A stretch of 37,934 bases of DNA from Blastococcus sp. (GCA_035642035.1 DASQTE010000222.1:1-37934), one strand, 5' to 3'. Positions 15,444 to 25,247 are shown, numbered from the stretch's first letter. Notes: generated by a model not told the origin, from the letters alone. Program-made: numbers and translations.

Positions 15444-15923
15444 TCAGGTCAGCGGCCGGGCCATGAGGACGTCGTCGACGTAGCGGCCGCCGAGCCGGAA
15501 CTCCTCGCGCAGCACGCCCTCGACCGCGAACCCGCAGGCGGCGTACAGCGCCTGCGCCTTCGCGTTGCCGCCCAGGACCCGCAGGCCCAGCTTGCGGGCG
15601 CCCCGCCGCGTGGCCTCCACGACGGCCGCCTCCAGCAGCGCCCGGCCGATGCCCTGCCGTTGGCAGGCGGGGTCGACCGTCAGCCCCTGGACGTGCAGCA
15701 CGTGCCGGTTGCACTCCAGCGGGGTCGGCCGGCCCAGGATCGTGTAGCCGACGGCGCGGCCGTCCTGCTCGGCGACCAGCACGTCGTCGGGCGAGCGGCG
15801 CTCGAAGAAGTCGGTGTCCTCCGGCCACAGCGGCACGACGGCGGACTCCTCGGACCAGGTGGCGCGGTCGAGCCCGACCAGGTGCGGTCCGTCGGCGGGC
15901 ACGGCGGCCCGGATGCTGATCAC
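15444..15923 (-). CDS. GNAT family N-acetyltransferase
   Basis: LTVDPACQRQGIGRALL acetyl-CoA motif A; N..AQALY..CGF..EG. Confidence 0.9.
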   Translation of the reverse strand: MISIRAAVPADGPHLVGLDRATWSEESAVVPLWPEDTDFFERRSPDDVLVAEQDGRAVGYTILGRPTPLECNRHVLHVQGLTVDPACQRQGIGRALLEAAVVEATRRGARKLGLRVLGGNAKAQALYAACGFAVEGVLREEFRLGGRYVDDVLMARPLT

Positions 15924-16063
15924 CGGACCAGTCTGCCCGGGCGGACCGGCGTCCCCCGGTGTGGTACCCGGCGTGCCCTCACGCTGCGTGCGCGGACCGC
16001 CCGGGGCGGCGTCCCGGGCAGGCGCGGCGGCTGCGCCTAGCGTGGCGGGTGAGGTGATCAGTC

Positions 16064-16612
16064 ATGAGTGAACGCAACGGAAGCACGTCCGTCGGGACGG
16101 GGACCGCCGAGATCCCGGTCGTCCGGTCCGCCGCCGAGGTCCCCGGGACCCCGGCGCCCGAACCGGCCGGGGCGCCCGCGACCGAGGGGCCGACCCCGCA
16201 GGACGAGGTCGCGCCCGGACCGCAGCCCACCGCGCCGGTGACCGTGCGGCCGCGGCCGCGCATGCCGCGCCGTGGCCCGCTCACCGTGATGGGTCCGTGG
16301 GCGCCGGTCGCCGGCGGGCTGCTGGGTCTCCTGCTCGGCGGGACCGCCGCGGCGGTGCTGGCCGGGACGGCGGAGAGCTTCGAGGACCGGCTGGCGCTGG
16401 CCTTCCTCGTCCTGGGGCTCGGGATGCTGGGGAGCGCCGGTGTGCTGCTGGCCGACGAGGTGCGGATCATGCGGCAGCGCGCCCGCGACGCCGCCGTCCG
16501 GCCGCAGTGGGTGGAGGCCACCGCGAACCTGCTCAACGGGCTGACGCCGGCACGCCTGCTGCTCCTGTCGAGCGGGTTCGTGCTCTTCCTGGCGGCCTAC
16601 GTCAGCCGCTGA
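16064..16612 (+). CDS. Hypothetical membrane protein (Pro-rich N-terminus, about 3 TM segments)
   Basis: ATG with GAGGTGA RBS; GC3-rich codon pattern; hydrophobic C-terminal half. Confidence 0.7.
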   Translation: MSERNGSTSVGTGTAEIPVVRSAAEVPGTPAPEPAGAPATEGPTPQDEVAPGPQPTAPVTVRPRPRMPRRGPLTVMGPWAPVAGGLLGLLLGGTAAAVLAGTAESFEDRLALAFLVLGLGMLGSAGVLLADEVRIMRQRARDAAVRPQWVEATANLLNGLTPARLLLLSSGFVLFLAAYVSR

Positions 16613-16613
16613 C

Positions 16614-17387
16614 TCAGGTGTAGGCCTCGACGCCGAGGTAGACGGCGAGCCCCAGACCGGCCAGGGCGATGATCCGCCGCAGCGCCGTCTGGGGCGCCCG
16701 TCGCACGATGCGGGGTCCGACCAACGAGCCGAGGAACAGGCCGATGGCCAGTGGCAGGGCGGCCGACCAGGCGATGGACGCGAAGAGCACGAACCCGATC
16801 GCGGCGGTGGCGTTGGCCACCCCGAGGACGACGTTGCGCATGGCGTTGCTGCGGGGGAGCCCCTCGCCGGTGGTCAGCAGGAAGGTCGCCAGGATGACGA
16901 CGCCCGCGGCCGCCCCGAAGTAGCCGCCGTAGATCGCGATGGCGAACACCGCGAGCGGCAGCCACCGCGGGTCCCGGTGCGGATGGCCGGCATGGGCGCG
17001 GGCGCCCTCCCGGGCCAGCTCGGGCAGCGGGCGCTGGACCAGGATCGCCAGCGACGCCCCGCCGATCAGCCAGGGCACGATCCGCTCGAAGGCCTCGGTG
17101 GGGGTGCTCAGCAGCAGCGCCGCGCCCGCGGCCCCGCCCAGGGCGGCGGCGATGGCCAGCGGCACGAGCCGGCGGCCCTGGCCCTTCAGCTCGGGCCGGG
17201 AGGCGCTCACCGATCCGACGCCGGTGAGCACCAGCGCGGCGGTGTTGGTGACGTTCGCCGTCACCGGGGGCAGGCCGGCGGCCAGCAGCGCCGGGTAGCT
17301 GATCAGCGAGGCCAGGCCGGCGATGCTGCCGATCAGGCCCGACCCCATGCCGGCCAGCACGAGAAGACCGAACTCCCAGACGCTCAC
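16614..17387 (-). CDS. TSUP (TauE/SafE sulfite exporter family) membrane protein
   Basis: GTG 17387 (GTGA overlap); SIAGLASLISYPALL..GLPPVTANVTNT, IYGGYFGAAAG; 257 aa. Confidence 0.88.
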   Translation of the reverse strand: MSVWEFGLLVLAGMGSGLIGSIAGLASLISYPALLAAGLPPVTANVTNTAALVLTGVGSVSASRPELKGQGRRLVPLAIAAALGGAAGAALLLSTPTEAFERIVPWLIGGASLAILVQRPLPELAREGARAHAGHPHRDPRWLPLAVFAIAIYGGYFGAAAGVVILATFLLTTGEGLPRSNAMRNVVLGVANATAAIGFVLFASIAWSAALPLAIGLFLGSLVGPRIVRRAPQTALRRIIALAGLGLAVYLGVEAYT

Positions 17388-18154
17388 CGGTTCCCCAGCA
17401 CCACGATGGCCACGACCCCCAGAACGACGATCGCCGTCCGCAGGAGCCACGACGGCAGGCGGCGGCCGTACCGCGAGCCGACCGAACCCCCCACCAGCGA
17501 GCCGACGGCGAGCAGGCCGGCGGCGACCCAGTCGACGCGGTCGGTGGCGACCACGACGTAGGCCGCGGCCGCGACCGCGTTCACGGTGAAGGTGAGGACG
17601 TTCTTGATCGCGTTCAGCCGCTGCAGCGACTCGCGCAGGATCAGGCCGAAGATGCCGATCTGCAGGACGCCCTGGCTGGCGGCGAAGTAGCCCCCGTAGG
17701 TGCCCGTGGCGTAGGCGCCGGCGAACAGCGCCGCCAGCCGCCCGCCACGCACCGGTGCGTCGTCGTCGGCCCGGTCCGGCAGGCTCCGCTGCAGCAGCGG
17801 CTGGAGGGCGACGAGCATGACGGCGACGCCGATGAGCACCGGCACGACCGCCTCGAACGTCGACGCCGGCAGGTGCAGCAGCAGGAAGGCGCCGGTGAGC
17901 GCGCCCAGGATCGAGGCGGGGAGGAGCCGCAGGAGCAGCCGCCGCTGGCCGCGCAGCTCGCGGCGGTAGCCGATGGAGCTGCTCAGGTTCCCGGCGACGA
18001 GGCCGAGCGAGTTGCTGATGGTCGCGGGGACCGGCGGCAGGCCGACGGCGAGCAACACCGGGAAGCTGACCAGGGTGCCGGACCCGACGACGGCGTTGAT
18101 GCCCCCGGCCGCGAAGCCGGCGGCGGCCACCGCGACCATCTCCCACCCCGTCAT
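17384..18154 (-). CDS. TSUP (TauE/SafE sulfite exporter family) membrane protein
   Basis: INAVVGSGTLVSFPVLL, TYGGYFAASQG, LNAIKN; 256 aa. Confidence 0.9.
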   Translation of the reverse strand: MTGWEMVAVAAAGFAAGGINAVVGSGTLVSFPVLLAVGLPPVPATISNSLGLVAGNLSSSIGYRRELRGQRRLLLRLLPASILGALTGAFLLLHLPASTFEAVVPVLIGVAVMLVALQPLLQRSLPDRADDDAPVRGGRLAALFAGAYATGTYGGYFAASQGVLQIGIFGLILRESLQRLNAIKNVLTFTVNAVAAAAYVVVATDRVDWVAAGLLAVGSLVGGSVGSRYGRRLPSWLLRTAIVVLGVVAIVVLGNR

Positions 18155-18223
18155 GCGGACATCGCCGTCGAGCCTGGCACGGCGGACGGGCGCCGGCCCG
18201 CACGAGGCGTGTCTATCCGGTCA

Positions 18224-18247
18224 CGCCCGCCGGGCTCCCGGCGGGCG
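18224..18247 (-). terminator. GC-rich hairpin just after the usp stop; probable terminator of the tct-usp operon
   Basis: cgcccgccggg-ct-cccggcgggcg, perfect 11-bp inverted repeat; no U-tract, which is common in actinobacteria. Confidence 0.5.
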
Positions 18248-18252
18248 CGGGC

Positions 18253-18642
18253 TCACGGCTTGACCGCGAGCACCGGCCGGTCGGCGTCGAGGAGGATCCG
18301 CTGGGCGCTGCTGCCCATGAGCAGCTTCCCCACGGGGGAGCGCCGGCGCAGGCCGATGACGATCACCGAGGCGTCGACCTCCTGCGCCACCCGCAGCACC
18401 TCGTCGGCGGCGTCGCCCGAGTGCGCGTTCTGCCGGAGGTCCAGCGCGATCCCGTCGGCCCCGGCGCGCTCGTGCATCCGGCGGACGGCGTCCTCCGGGG
18501 CGACGTCGGCGCTGACCGGCGCCCCGCCGCGCGGGGAGTTGAGCACCACCAGCGGCTCGCCCCGGCGGCGGGCCTCCTGCAGGGCGGCGGCGAACGCGGC
18601 GTCGCCCTCCGGGGTGGGCACGTAGCCGACCAGGACGGTCAT
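18253..18642 (-). CDS. Universal stress protein (UspA family)
   Basis: MTVLVGY, IVIGLRRRSPVGKLLMGSSAQRILLDADRPVLAVK; overlaps tctA stop. Confidence 0.92.
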   Translation of the reverse strand: MTVLVGYVPTPEGDAAFAAALQEARRRGEPLVVLNSPRGGAPVSADVAPEDAVRRMHERAGADGIALDLRQNAHSGDAADEVLRVAQEVDASVIVIGLRRRSPVGKLLMGSSAQRILLDADRPVLAVKP

Positions 18643-20159
18643 ACCAGCTCCTTCGAGGTGTCGTTCTGCTGCGCGGCGGTGGGCCGGCGGGTCATCGCGG
18701 CACGGATCATCGGGACGAGCGCGACCAGGAGGAAGACCACCAGCAGCGTCCCCGAGATCGGCCGGGTGAAGAAGCCGGTGGCGTCGCCGTCGAAGATCAG
18801 CAGCGAGCGGCGCAGCGAGTCCTCGAGGAGCGTGCCGAGGACGAAGGCCAGCAGCAGCGGGCCGGGGTCGAAGCCGATCTTCTTCATCAGGTAGCCGAGC
18901 ACGCCGAAGACGATGACCAGCACGATGTCGAACACGCTGTTGTTGACCGTGTAGACGCCGATCAGGGTGATGAGCACCGTGATCGGGGCGAGGATCGCCG
19001 GCCGCACCCGCAGGATCTTCACGAAGAGACCCACCAGCGGGATGCTCATGATCAGCAGCAGGATGTTGCCGATGTACATGGAGTTGACGACGCCCCAGAA
19101 CAGCTCCGGCTCCTGGGTGACGAGCTGGGGACCGGGGCTCACCCCCTGGATCAGCAGGGCGCCGAAGATGACGGCCATGGTGGCGTTCGCCGGGATGCCC
19201 AGCGTCAGAAGCGGGATGAAGGACGACGTCGCGGCGGCGTTGTTCGCCGTCTCGGGACCGGCGACGCCCTCGACGGCGCCGTTGCCGAAGCGCTCGGGGG
19301 TCTTGGAGCGCTTCTTCTCCACGGCGTAGGCGGCCAGCGAGGACAGGGTCGCGCCGCCGCCGGGCAGGATGCCGAGCACGAAGCCCAGCACCGAGCCCCG
19401 GCCGATCGCCCCGGAGGACTGGCGCAGGTCCTTGCGGGATGGCCAGACGTTGGCCACCTTCGCCGGCGCCTGCGCCGCGGTGTGCCGCTCCTCCAGGTTG
19501 TAGAGGATCTCGCCGAGGCCGAAGAGGCCCATCGCGATCGGCACGAAGTCCAGGCCGTCGGCGAGGTTCAGGCTGCCGAACGTGAACCGCTCGCCGCCGG
19601 TGAACGCGTCGCGGCCGACCGTGGCCAGCAGCAGGCCGATGCAGGCCGCGACGACCGCCTTGAGCCGGCTGCCGCTGCTCACCGTGGCGACCAGCAGGAT
19701 GCCGAGCAGCGCGAGGGCGGTGTACTCCGGCGGCCCGAAGTCGAGGGCGAAGCCGGCGACGAGGGGCGCCAGGAACGTCAGCGCGATGATCGAGACGGTG
19801 CCGCCGACGAACGAGCCGATCGCGGCGATGCCCAGGGCGGTGCCGGCCTTGCCCTGGCGGGCCAGGGCGTGGCCGTCGAAGACCGTGACGACCGACGACG
19901 CCTCGCCGGGCAGTTTGAGCAGGACCGAGGTGATCGTCCCGCCATACTGGGCGCCGTAGAAGATGCCCGCCAGCATGATGATGGCGGTCACCGGCTCGAT
20001 GCCGATGGTGATCGGCAGCAGGATCGCGATGGTGGCGGCCGGGCCGAGGCCGGGCAGCACGCCGACGAGCATGCCGACGACGACGCCGATCAGGCAGTAG
20101 AGCAGGTTGGTCGGTTCCAGGACGACGGTGAATCCGTCGAGCACCGGGGCGAGGTCCAC
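18639..20159 (-). CDS. tctA: Tripartite tricarboxylate transporter large permease TctA
   Basis: GVLPGLGPAATIAILLP, GIFYGAQYGG, GVAGPETANNAA, IPLLTLGIP; 506 aa. Confidence 0.95.
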   Translation of the reverse strand: MDLAPVLDGFTVVLEPTNLLYCLIGVVVGMLVGVLPGLGPAATIAILLPITIGIEPVTAIIMLAGIFYGAQYGGTITSVLLKLPGEASSVVTVFDGHALARQGKAGTALGIAAIGSFVGGTVSIIALTFLAPLVAGFALDFGPPEYTALALLGILLVATVSSGSRLKAVVAACIGLLLATVGRDAFTGGERFTFGSLNLADGLDFVPIAMGLFGLGEILYNLEERHTAAQAPAKVANVWPSRKDLRQSSGAIGRGSVLGFVLGILPGGGATLSSLAAYAVEKKRSKTPERFGNGAVEGVAGPETANNAAATSSFIPLLTLGIPANATMAVIFGALLIQGVSPGPQLVTQEPELFWGVVNSMYIGNILLLIMSIPLVGLFVKILRVRPAILAPITVLITLIGVYTVNNSVFDIVLVIVFGVLGYLMKKIGFDPGPLLLAFVLGTLLEDSLRRSLLIFDGDATGFFTRPISGTLLVVFLLVALVPMIRAAMTRRPTAAQQNDTSKELV

Positions 20160-20170
20160 TCAGACGCTCC

Positions 20171-20788
20171 TCAGAACAGGTGCGGGATGGGGACGGAGAG
20201 GGCCGCCACGAAGATGAGGTAGAACGCGACGACGACGCCGATGCTGGTGACGATCGACGTGCGCCAGCCCTCGCCGCCCAGGAAGCGGAGCCAGACGAAG
20301 GCGAGCAGGGCCGCGGGGATCTCGAAGCCGATGACCGAGACCAGCGCGACGAAGACGACCATCGTCGCGAGGCCGGCCAGGACCAGCCAGGAGGAGCGCG
20401 AGAAGCGCTCGGCGTCCGACGTCGTCCGGGCCGTGGCCGCCAGACCGAGTCCCAGGACGATGATCACGATGCTCAGCACCAGCGGCCAGGTGCCCGAGCC
20501 GGGGTTGCCGGCGCTCCCGGCCCCGAGCGAGAGCGAGCCGACGAGCGCGGCAGCGCCCAATGCCACCACCAGCGTCGCGACGACGAGGTTCGTCGTCGTC
20601 CCCGCCGGCGGCGGGCGGTGCTCCGCGTCGTGCTCGAGCTGGTGCACCGCTTCTTCGAGGTCGTGCAGGGTCGAGGGGGTCGTCTCGGCCGCGCGGGTGG
20701 TCACGACGTCCCCCTCGGGGGTGGCCCCGGCGGCACTGCTGCCGCCGGGGCTCCCCGGGGTCCGGGCCCCGTCGCGCGCAGAGCTCAC
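20171..20788 (-). CDS. tctB: Tripartite tricarboxylate transporter small subunit TctB
   Basis: Probable GTG 20788 (GTGA overlap with tctC stop; start uncertain); PGSGTWP, IGFEIP, F...LSVPIP; between tctC and tctA. Confidence 0.88.
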   Translation of the reverse strand: MSSARDGARTPGSPGGSSAAGATPEGDVVTTRAAETTPSTLHDLEEAVHQLEHDAEHRPPPAGTTTNLVVATLVVALGAAALVGSLSLGAGSAGNPGSGTWPLVLSIVIIVLGLGLAATARTTSDAERFSRSSWLVLAGLATMVVFVALVSVIGFEIPAALLAFVWLRFLGGEGWRTSIVTSIGVVVAFYLIFVAALSVPIPHLF

Positions 20789-21798
20789 TGCTCGCCGGCG
20801 AGGTCGATGCCGAACTCCTCGACCACGGCGGTGTAGTCCTCGAGGTTGCTCGTCCACGTCTCGCGCACCTCGTCGCCGTCGACCTCCCAGGCGGTGAGCT
20901 GGTTGTCCTCGTTGAACTGCTGGTACGCCTCCACCTCGAAGGCCGCCGTGAACCCGTCGCGCAGGGCGGTCATGACGTCCTCCGGCAGCCCCTTCGGCGC
21001 GAAGACGGCCCGCGACTGCTGGACCGGGACGTCGTACCCGGCCTCGACGGCGGTCGGGACGTCGGACAGGTAGCTCGGCCGCTCCTCGGCGAACGTGACG
21101 ATCGGGGTGAGCTCACCGGCCTCGATCTGCTCGATGGCCTCGCCGAGCTGGATGGAGCCGACGTCCACCTGGCCACCGAGCACGGCGGTCAGGGTGGGCG
21201 AGCCGCCGTCGAAGGGGACGGCGGTGGCGTCGATGCCGGCCTGGGCGAACAGCAGCTCCTGCGAGAGCTGGCTGCCGGTGCCGACGCCGGTCGTGCCGAA
21301 GGTGACCGGTCGGCCGGCGGCGGCGAGGTCCTCGACGGTCGTGAAGCCGGAACCCGGAGCGGTGACCAGGACGTAGTCGTCGAGCGACAGGCCGGTGACG
21401 ATGTCGTAGTCGGCGATGTCGGGCGCCTCGCCCTCCTCCACCGCGAGCGGGGTGATGTAGGCCAGGCTGCCGTTGTAGACCATCAGCGTGTGGCCGTCGG
21501 CCTCCTCGCCGGCCAGCTCCTGGGCGGCCAGGGCGCCGTTGGCGCCGGGCTTGTTCTCCACGGTGACCGGGACCCCGAGGTCGTCGGACAGGCCCTCGGC
21601 GGCCGCGCGGGCGATGAGGTCGGTGCTGCCGCCGGGGTCCTGGCCGACGTAGATGGTGATCGGGTCACCGCCCGGGAACTCCTCGCCCTCGGCGTCCGAA
21701 CCGCCGCCGACGTTGCCGCCGCACGCGGCGAGGGAGAGGGCCAGAGCGAGTCCGGCACCGGTCGTCGCCCAGCGGCGCGCACGGTGGGTGGTGGTCAT
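20785..21798 (-). CDS. tctC: Tripartite tricarboxylate transporter substrate-binding lipoprotein TctC (Bug family)
   Basis: ATG 21798 with GAGGAG RBS; lipobox LAAC; PGGSTDLIAR, VENKPGANG, VPFDGGSP, DVPTAVEAG. Confidence 0.93.
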   Translation of the reverse strand: MTTTHRARRWATTGAGLALALSLAACGGNVGGGSDAEGEEFPGGDPITIYVGQDPGGSTDLIARAAAEGLSDDLGVPVTVENKPGANGALAAQELAGEEADGHTLMVYNGSLAYITPLAVEEGEAPDIADYDIVTGLSLDDYVLVTAPGSGFTTVEDLAAAGRPVTFGTTGVGTGSQLSQELLFAQAGIDATAVPFDGGSPTLTAVLGGQVDVGSIQLGEAIEQIEAGELTPIVTFAEERPSYLSDVPTAVEAGYDVPVQQSRAVFAPKGLPEDVMTALRDGFTAAFEVEAYQQFNEDNQLTAWEVDGDEVRETWTSNLEDYTAVVEEFGIDLAGEQ

Positions 21799-21860
21799 GT
21801 CGATCTCCTCTTCGAGCGGGAGGGCGTCTGTGAGTGGCGTCACTGAGCCCGGACCAGCGG

Positions 21861-21926
21861 AGCGTATGGAGGCCAATCCATGCGTGTCCAAGATCAATGC
21901 AGCATGAGTTGATACCTTGCGAGCAT
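21861..21926 (-). promoter_or_regulatory. LysR-type operator and promoter for tctCBA; the box overlaps the lysR start codon
   Basis: Minus strand: ATGC-N7-GTAT-N6-ATGC-N8-TCTTGGACA-N18-TACGCT; T-N11-A LysR motif; colinear with the element at 22827-22892. Confidence 0.72.
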
Positions 21927-22818
21927 GGCGTTCACGTTGGAGCAGCTCCGCGGTTTCCTGGCCGTCGCCGAGGAGCTGCACTTCGGCCGGGCAGCCGCCC
22001 GGCTGCAGATGACCCAGCCCCCGCTGAGCCGCCAGATCCAGAAGCTCGAGCGCGTCGTGGGCGCCCAGCTGCTCGAGCGCGACAACCGCCGGGTCACCCT
22101 CACCGCGGCCGGCGAGGTGTTCCTGGGCGAGGCGCGCCGGCTGCTCTCGCTCGCCGACACCGCGCCCGAACTGGCCCGCCGGGTGTCCTCAGGGTCGCAC
22201 GGCGTCGTGCGGATCGGCTTCACGGCCGCCTCGACCTACGGCACCCTCGGCCGGGTCCTCGACGAGGTGGAGCGCGCGCTGCCCGACATCGGGCTCGACC
22301 TGCACGAGATGGTCACCCGCGAGCAGGTGGCCGCGCTCCTCAACGAGGAGATCGACCTGGGTCTCGCCCGGCCGCCCTTCGACGCGGACACGTTCGGCTC
22401 CCGGCTCCTGCACCGGGAGGCGCTGCTGGTCGCCGTCCCCGCGGGGCACCGGCTGCTCGGGCTGGGGCGGGACGCGGTCGCCGCCGACCTCGCGGCCGAG
22501 CCGGTCGTCATGCACTCGCCGACGCGGGCGCGCTACTTCTACGACCTCGTCGTGAGCATGGTGCCCACCGCGTCGCAGAACGCCGTCCACACCGTGAGCC
22601 AGGTCCTCACCATGCTGTGGCTCGTGGCCGCCGGGCGCGGGATCGCGTTCGTGCCGGCGTCCGCGGCCCGGCTGCCGATCGAGGGCGTGGAGTTCGTCCG
22701 GCTGGAGACCCCCGTGCCGGAGCCGGTCGAGCTGCACCTGCTCTGGATGCGGGAGTCGCGCAACCCCGCGCTGCGCCGGGTGCTGGAGCTCCTCGAGCGG
22801 AGCACCGTCGCCTTCTGA
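21925..22818 (+). CDS. LysR family transcriptional regulator
   Basis: LEQLRGFLAVAEELHFGRAAARLQMTQPPLSRQIQKLE HTH; LVAAGRGIAFVP; divergent from tctC. Confidence 0.96.
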   Translation: MAFTLEQLRGFLAVAEELHFGRAAARLQMTQPPLSRQIQKLERVVGAQLLERDNRRVTLTAAGEVFLGEARRLLSLADTAPELARRVSSGSHGVVRIGFTAASTYGTLGRVLDEVERALPDIGLDLHEMVTREQVAALLNEEIDLGLARPPFDADTFGSRLLHREALLVAVPAGHRLLGLGRDAVAADLAAEPVVMHSPTRARYFYDLVVSMVPTASQNAVHTVSQVLTMLWLVAAGRGIAFVPASAARLPIEGVEFVRLETPVPEPVELHLLWMRESRNPALRRVLELLERSTVAF

Positions 22819-22826
22819 GGCAAGCG

Positions 22827-22892
22827 ATGCCGAGAGGGCATCGTTCGATGCGAAACAACTCTTGGACAGGCATCGACCGGTCTTTCTACGGT
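22827..22892 (+). promoter_or_regulatory. LysR-type operator and promoter for the kdgD catabolic operon
   Basis: ATGC-N7-GCAT-N6-ATGC-N8-TCTTGGACA-N18-TACGGT, same spacing as the tctC element. Confidence 0.72.
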
Positions 22893-22972
22893 GACGCCGA
22901 CCACCGCTCGTGCCGCCGACGCCCCGCCGCCGGACGCACCGCGGACCCCGTCGGACCCGAGGACTGATCTCC

Positions 22973-23887
22973 GTGACGCTGTTGCCCCCCGACGCTCTCG
23001 CCGACCGTCTGAAGTCCGGCCTGCTCTCCTTCCCCGTCACGCACTTCGACGCGGACCTCCGGGTCGACGAGGCGCGCTACCGCGAGCACCTCGCCTGGCA
23101 GTCGAGCTTCGACGTCGCCGGCCTGTTCGCCGCCGGCGGGACGGGGGAGGGGTTCTCCCTCACCTCCGAGGAGATCGACCGGGTGCTGCGCATCGCGGTG
23201 GAGGAGGCCGGTGACCGCGTCCCGGTGCTCGCCCCGGCCACCGGCAGCACCGCCCAGGCGGTCGCCCAGGCGAAGGCGGCGCAGGCCGCCGGCGCCTCCG
23301 GGCTGCTGCTGTTCCCCCCGTACCTCACCGAGGCCAGCCAGGCCGGCCTCGTCGAGCACATCGGCGCCGTGTGCCGCGCCTCCGACCTCGGCGTCATCGT
23401 CTACAGCCGGGCCAACGCCGTGCTCACCGACAGCACGGTCGCCGAGGTGGCCGACCGCAACCCCAGCCTGATCGGGCTCAAGGACGGCATCGGCGACATC
23501 GAGCAGATGACCCGTACGTACGCCAAGGTCGGCGACCGGCTGATCTACGTCGGGGGCCTGCCGACGGCGGAGACGTTCGCGCTCCCGCTCCTGCAGCTCG
23601 GGGTGAGCACGTACTCCTCGGCGCTGTACAACTTCCTGCCCGAGTTCGCGCTCCGCTTCTACGCCGCCGTGCGCGCCCAGGACCGGGTGGCGGTCTACCA
23701 GATGCTCAACGACTTCGTGATCCCCTACATCGACATCCGCGACCGGCAGCGCGGGTACGCGGTGTCCATCGTCAAGGCCGGGCTGACCGCCGTGGGGCGC
23801 GACGGCGGCCGGGTGCGCCCGCCGCTCACCGACCTGACCGAGGCCGAGCTCAGCGAGCTGACGACCCTGGTCTCCAAGGTCTCCTGA
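22973..23887 (+). CDS. kdgD: 5-dehydro-4-deoxyglucarate dehydratase (DHDPS/NAL family)
   Basis: GTG 22973; [54 protein letters not shown]. Confidence 0.94.
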   Translation: MTLLPPDALADRLKSGLLSFPVTHFDADLRVDEARYREHLAWQSSFDVAGLFAAGGTGEGFSLTSEEIDRVLRIAVEEAGDRVPVLAPATGSTAQAVAQAKAAQAAGASGLLLFPPYLTEASQAGLVEHIGAVCRASDLGVIVYSRANAVLTDSTVAEVADRNPSLIGLKDGIGDIEQMTRTYAKVGDRLIYVGGLPTAETFALPLLQLGVSTYSSALYNFLPEFALRFYAAVRAQDRVAVYQMLNDFVIPYIDIRDRQRGYAVSIVKAGLTAVGRDGGRVRPPLTDLTEAELSELTTLVSKVS

Positions 23888-23915
23888 CCCCGGTGCCGAC
23901 CCCCAGGAGGACCGC

Positions 23916-25247
23916 ATGACCGGCCGGACGCCCACCGTCGCCACCGTCGAGGTGGTGCCCGTCGCGGGGCACGACAGCATGCTGCTGAACCTCAGCGGCG
24001 CGCACGGGCCCTTCTTCACCCGCAACATCGCGATCGTCACCGACTCCGAGGGCCGCACCGGCCTGGGCGAGGTGCCGGGCGGCGAGGCGATCCGGCGCAC
24101 CATCGAGGACGCCGGGGCGCTGCTCACCGGACAGCCTGTGGCGCACTTCGGCAGCCTGCTGCGGTCGGTCTCGGCCACCTTCGCCGACCGTGACGCCGGC
24201 GGGCGCGGTCAGCAGACCTTCGACCTGCGGACGACGATCCACGCGGTCACCGCGCTGGAGTCCGCGCTCCTCGACCTCCTCGGCCAGCACCTCGGCGTCC
24301 CGGTGGCGGAGCTGCTCGGCGAGGGCCAGCAGCGCGACACCGTCCCGATGCTCGGCTACCTCTTCTACGTCGGGGACCGCACGACGACCGACCTGCCGTA
24401 CCTGGCCGAGGCCGACCCGGCCGACGACTGGGAGCGGCTGCGCCGGGAGCCGGCCATGACCCCCGAGGCGGTCGTCGCCCTGGCCGAGGCCGCGCAGGCC
24501 CGCTACGGCTTCACCGACTTCAAGCTCAAGGGCGGGGTACTGCCCGGCGAGCAGGAGGTCGAGGCCGTGCGCGCACTGGCCGCCCGCTTCCCGGAGGCCC
24601 GCATCACCCTCGACCCGAACGGCGGGTGGCTGCTGGCCGAGGCGATCGAGCTGTGCCGCGGGCTGGGGGACGTGCTCGCCTACGCCGAGGACCCGGTGGG
24701 TCCGGAGGGCGGCTACTCGGGCCGCGAGACCATGGCCGAGTTCCGGCGGGTCACCGGCCTGCCCACGGCGACGAACATGATCGCCACCGACTGGCGGCAG
24801 ATGGCCCACGCGATCCGCTCGAACGCCGTCGACATCCCGCTGGCCGACCCGCACTTCTGGACGATGCGCGGCTCGGTCCGCGTCGCCCAGCTGTGCCACG
24901 AGTTCGGGCTGACCTGGGGCTCGCACTCCAACAACCACTTCGACATCTCGCTGGCGATGTTCACCCAGGTCGGCGCCGCCGCGCCGGGCGCCATCACCGC
25001 GCTGGACACGCACTGGATCTGGCAGGACGGGCAGCCGCTCACCCGGTCGCCGCTGCGGATCGAGGGCGGCGCCATCGCGGTCCCGACGACGCCCGGCCTC
25101 GGTGTCGAGCTCGACCGAGACGCCCTGGACGCGGCCCACGCGCTGTACCTGGAGCACGGCCTCGGCGCCCGCGACGACGCCGTCGCGATGCAGTTCCTCG
25201 TGCCGGGCTGGCAGTTCGACCCCAAGCGCCCCTGCCTGGTCCGCTGA
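23916..25247 (+). CDS. gudD: Glucarate dehydratase family (enolase superfamily)
   Basis: [78 protein letters not shown]. Confidence 0.93.
   Translation: MTGRTPTVATVEVVPVAGHDSMLLNLSGAHGPFFTRNIAIVTDSEGRTGLGEVPGGEAIRRTIEDAGALLTGQPVAHFGSLLRSVSATFADRDAGGRGQQTFDLRTTIHAVTALESALLDLLGQHLGVPVAELLGEGQQRDTVPMLGYLFYVGDRTTTDLPYLAEADPADDWERLRREPAMTPEAVVALAEAAQARYGFTDFKLKGGVLPGEQEVEAVRALAARFPEARITLDPNGGWLLAEAIELCRGLGDVLAYAEDPVGPEGGYSGRETMAEFRRVTGLPTATNMIATDWRQMAHAIRSNAVDIPLADPHFWTMRGSVRVAQLCHEFGLTWGSHSNNHFDISLAMFTQVGAAAPGAITALDTHWIWQDGQPLTRSPLRIEGGAIAVPTTPGLGVELDRDALDAAHALYLEHGLGARDDAVAMQFLVPGWQFDPKRPCLVR

Larger units (their letters stand above)
15438..16619. repeat. 12-bp direct repeat GCTGACTCAGGT (15438-15449 and 16608-16619) flanking the GNAT + membrane-protein pair
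   Basis: Identical 12-mers, each containing the TGA-c-TCA stops of a convergent gene pair. Confidence 0.6.

Noticed and set aside
15444-15923. GNAT as a self-resistance acetyltransferase for the BGC product
   Set aside because: It lies outside the operon, beyond a divergent lipoprotein gene, and looks like a generic GNAT; no supporting evidence.
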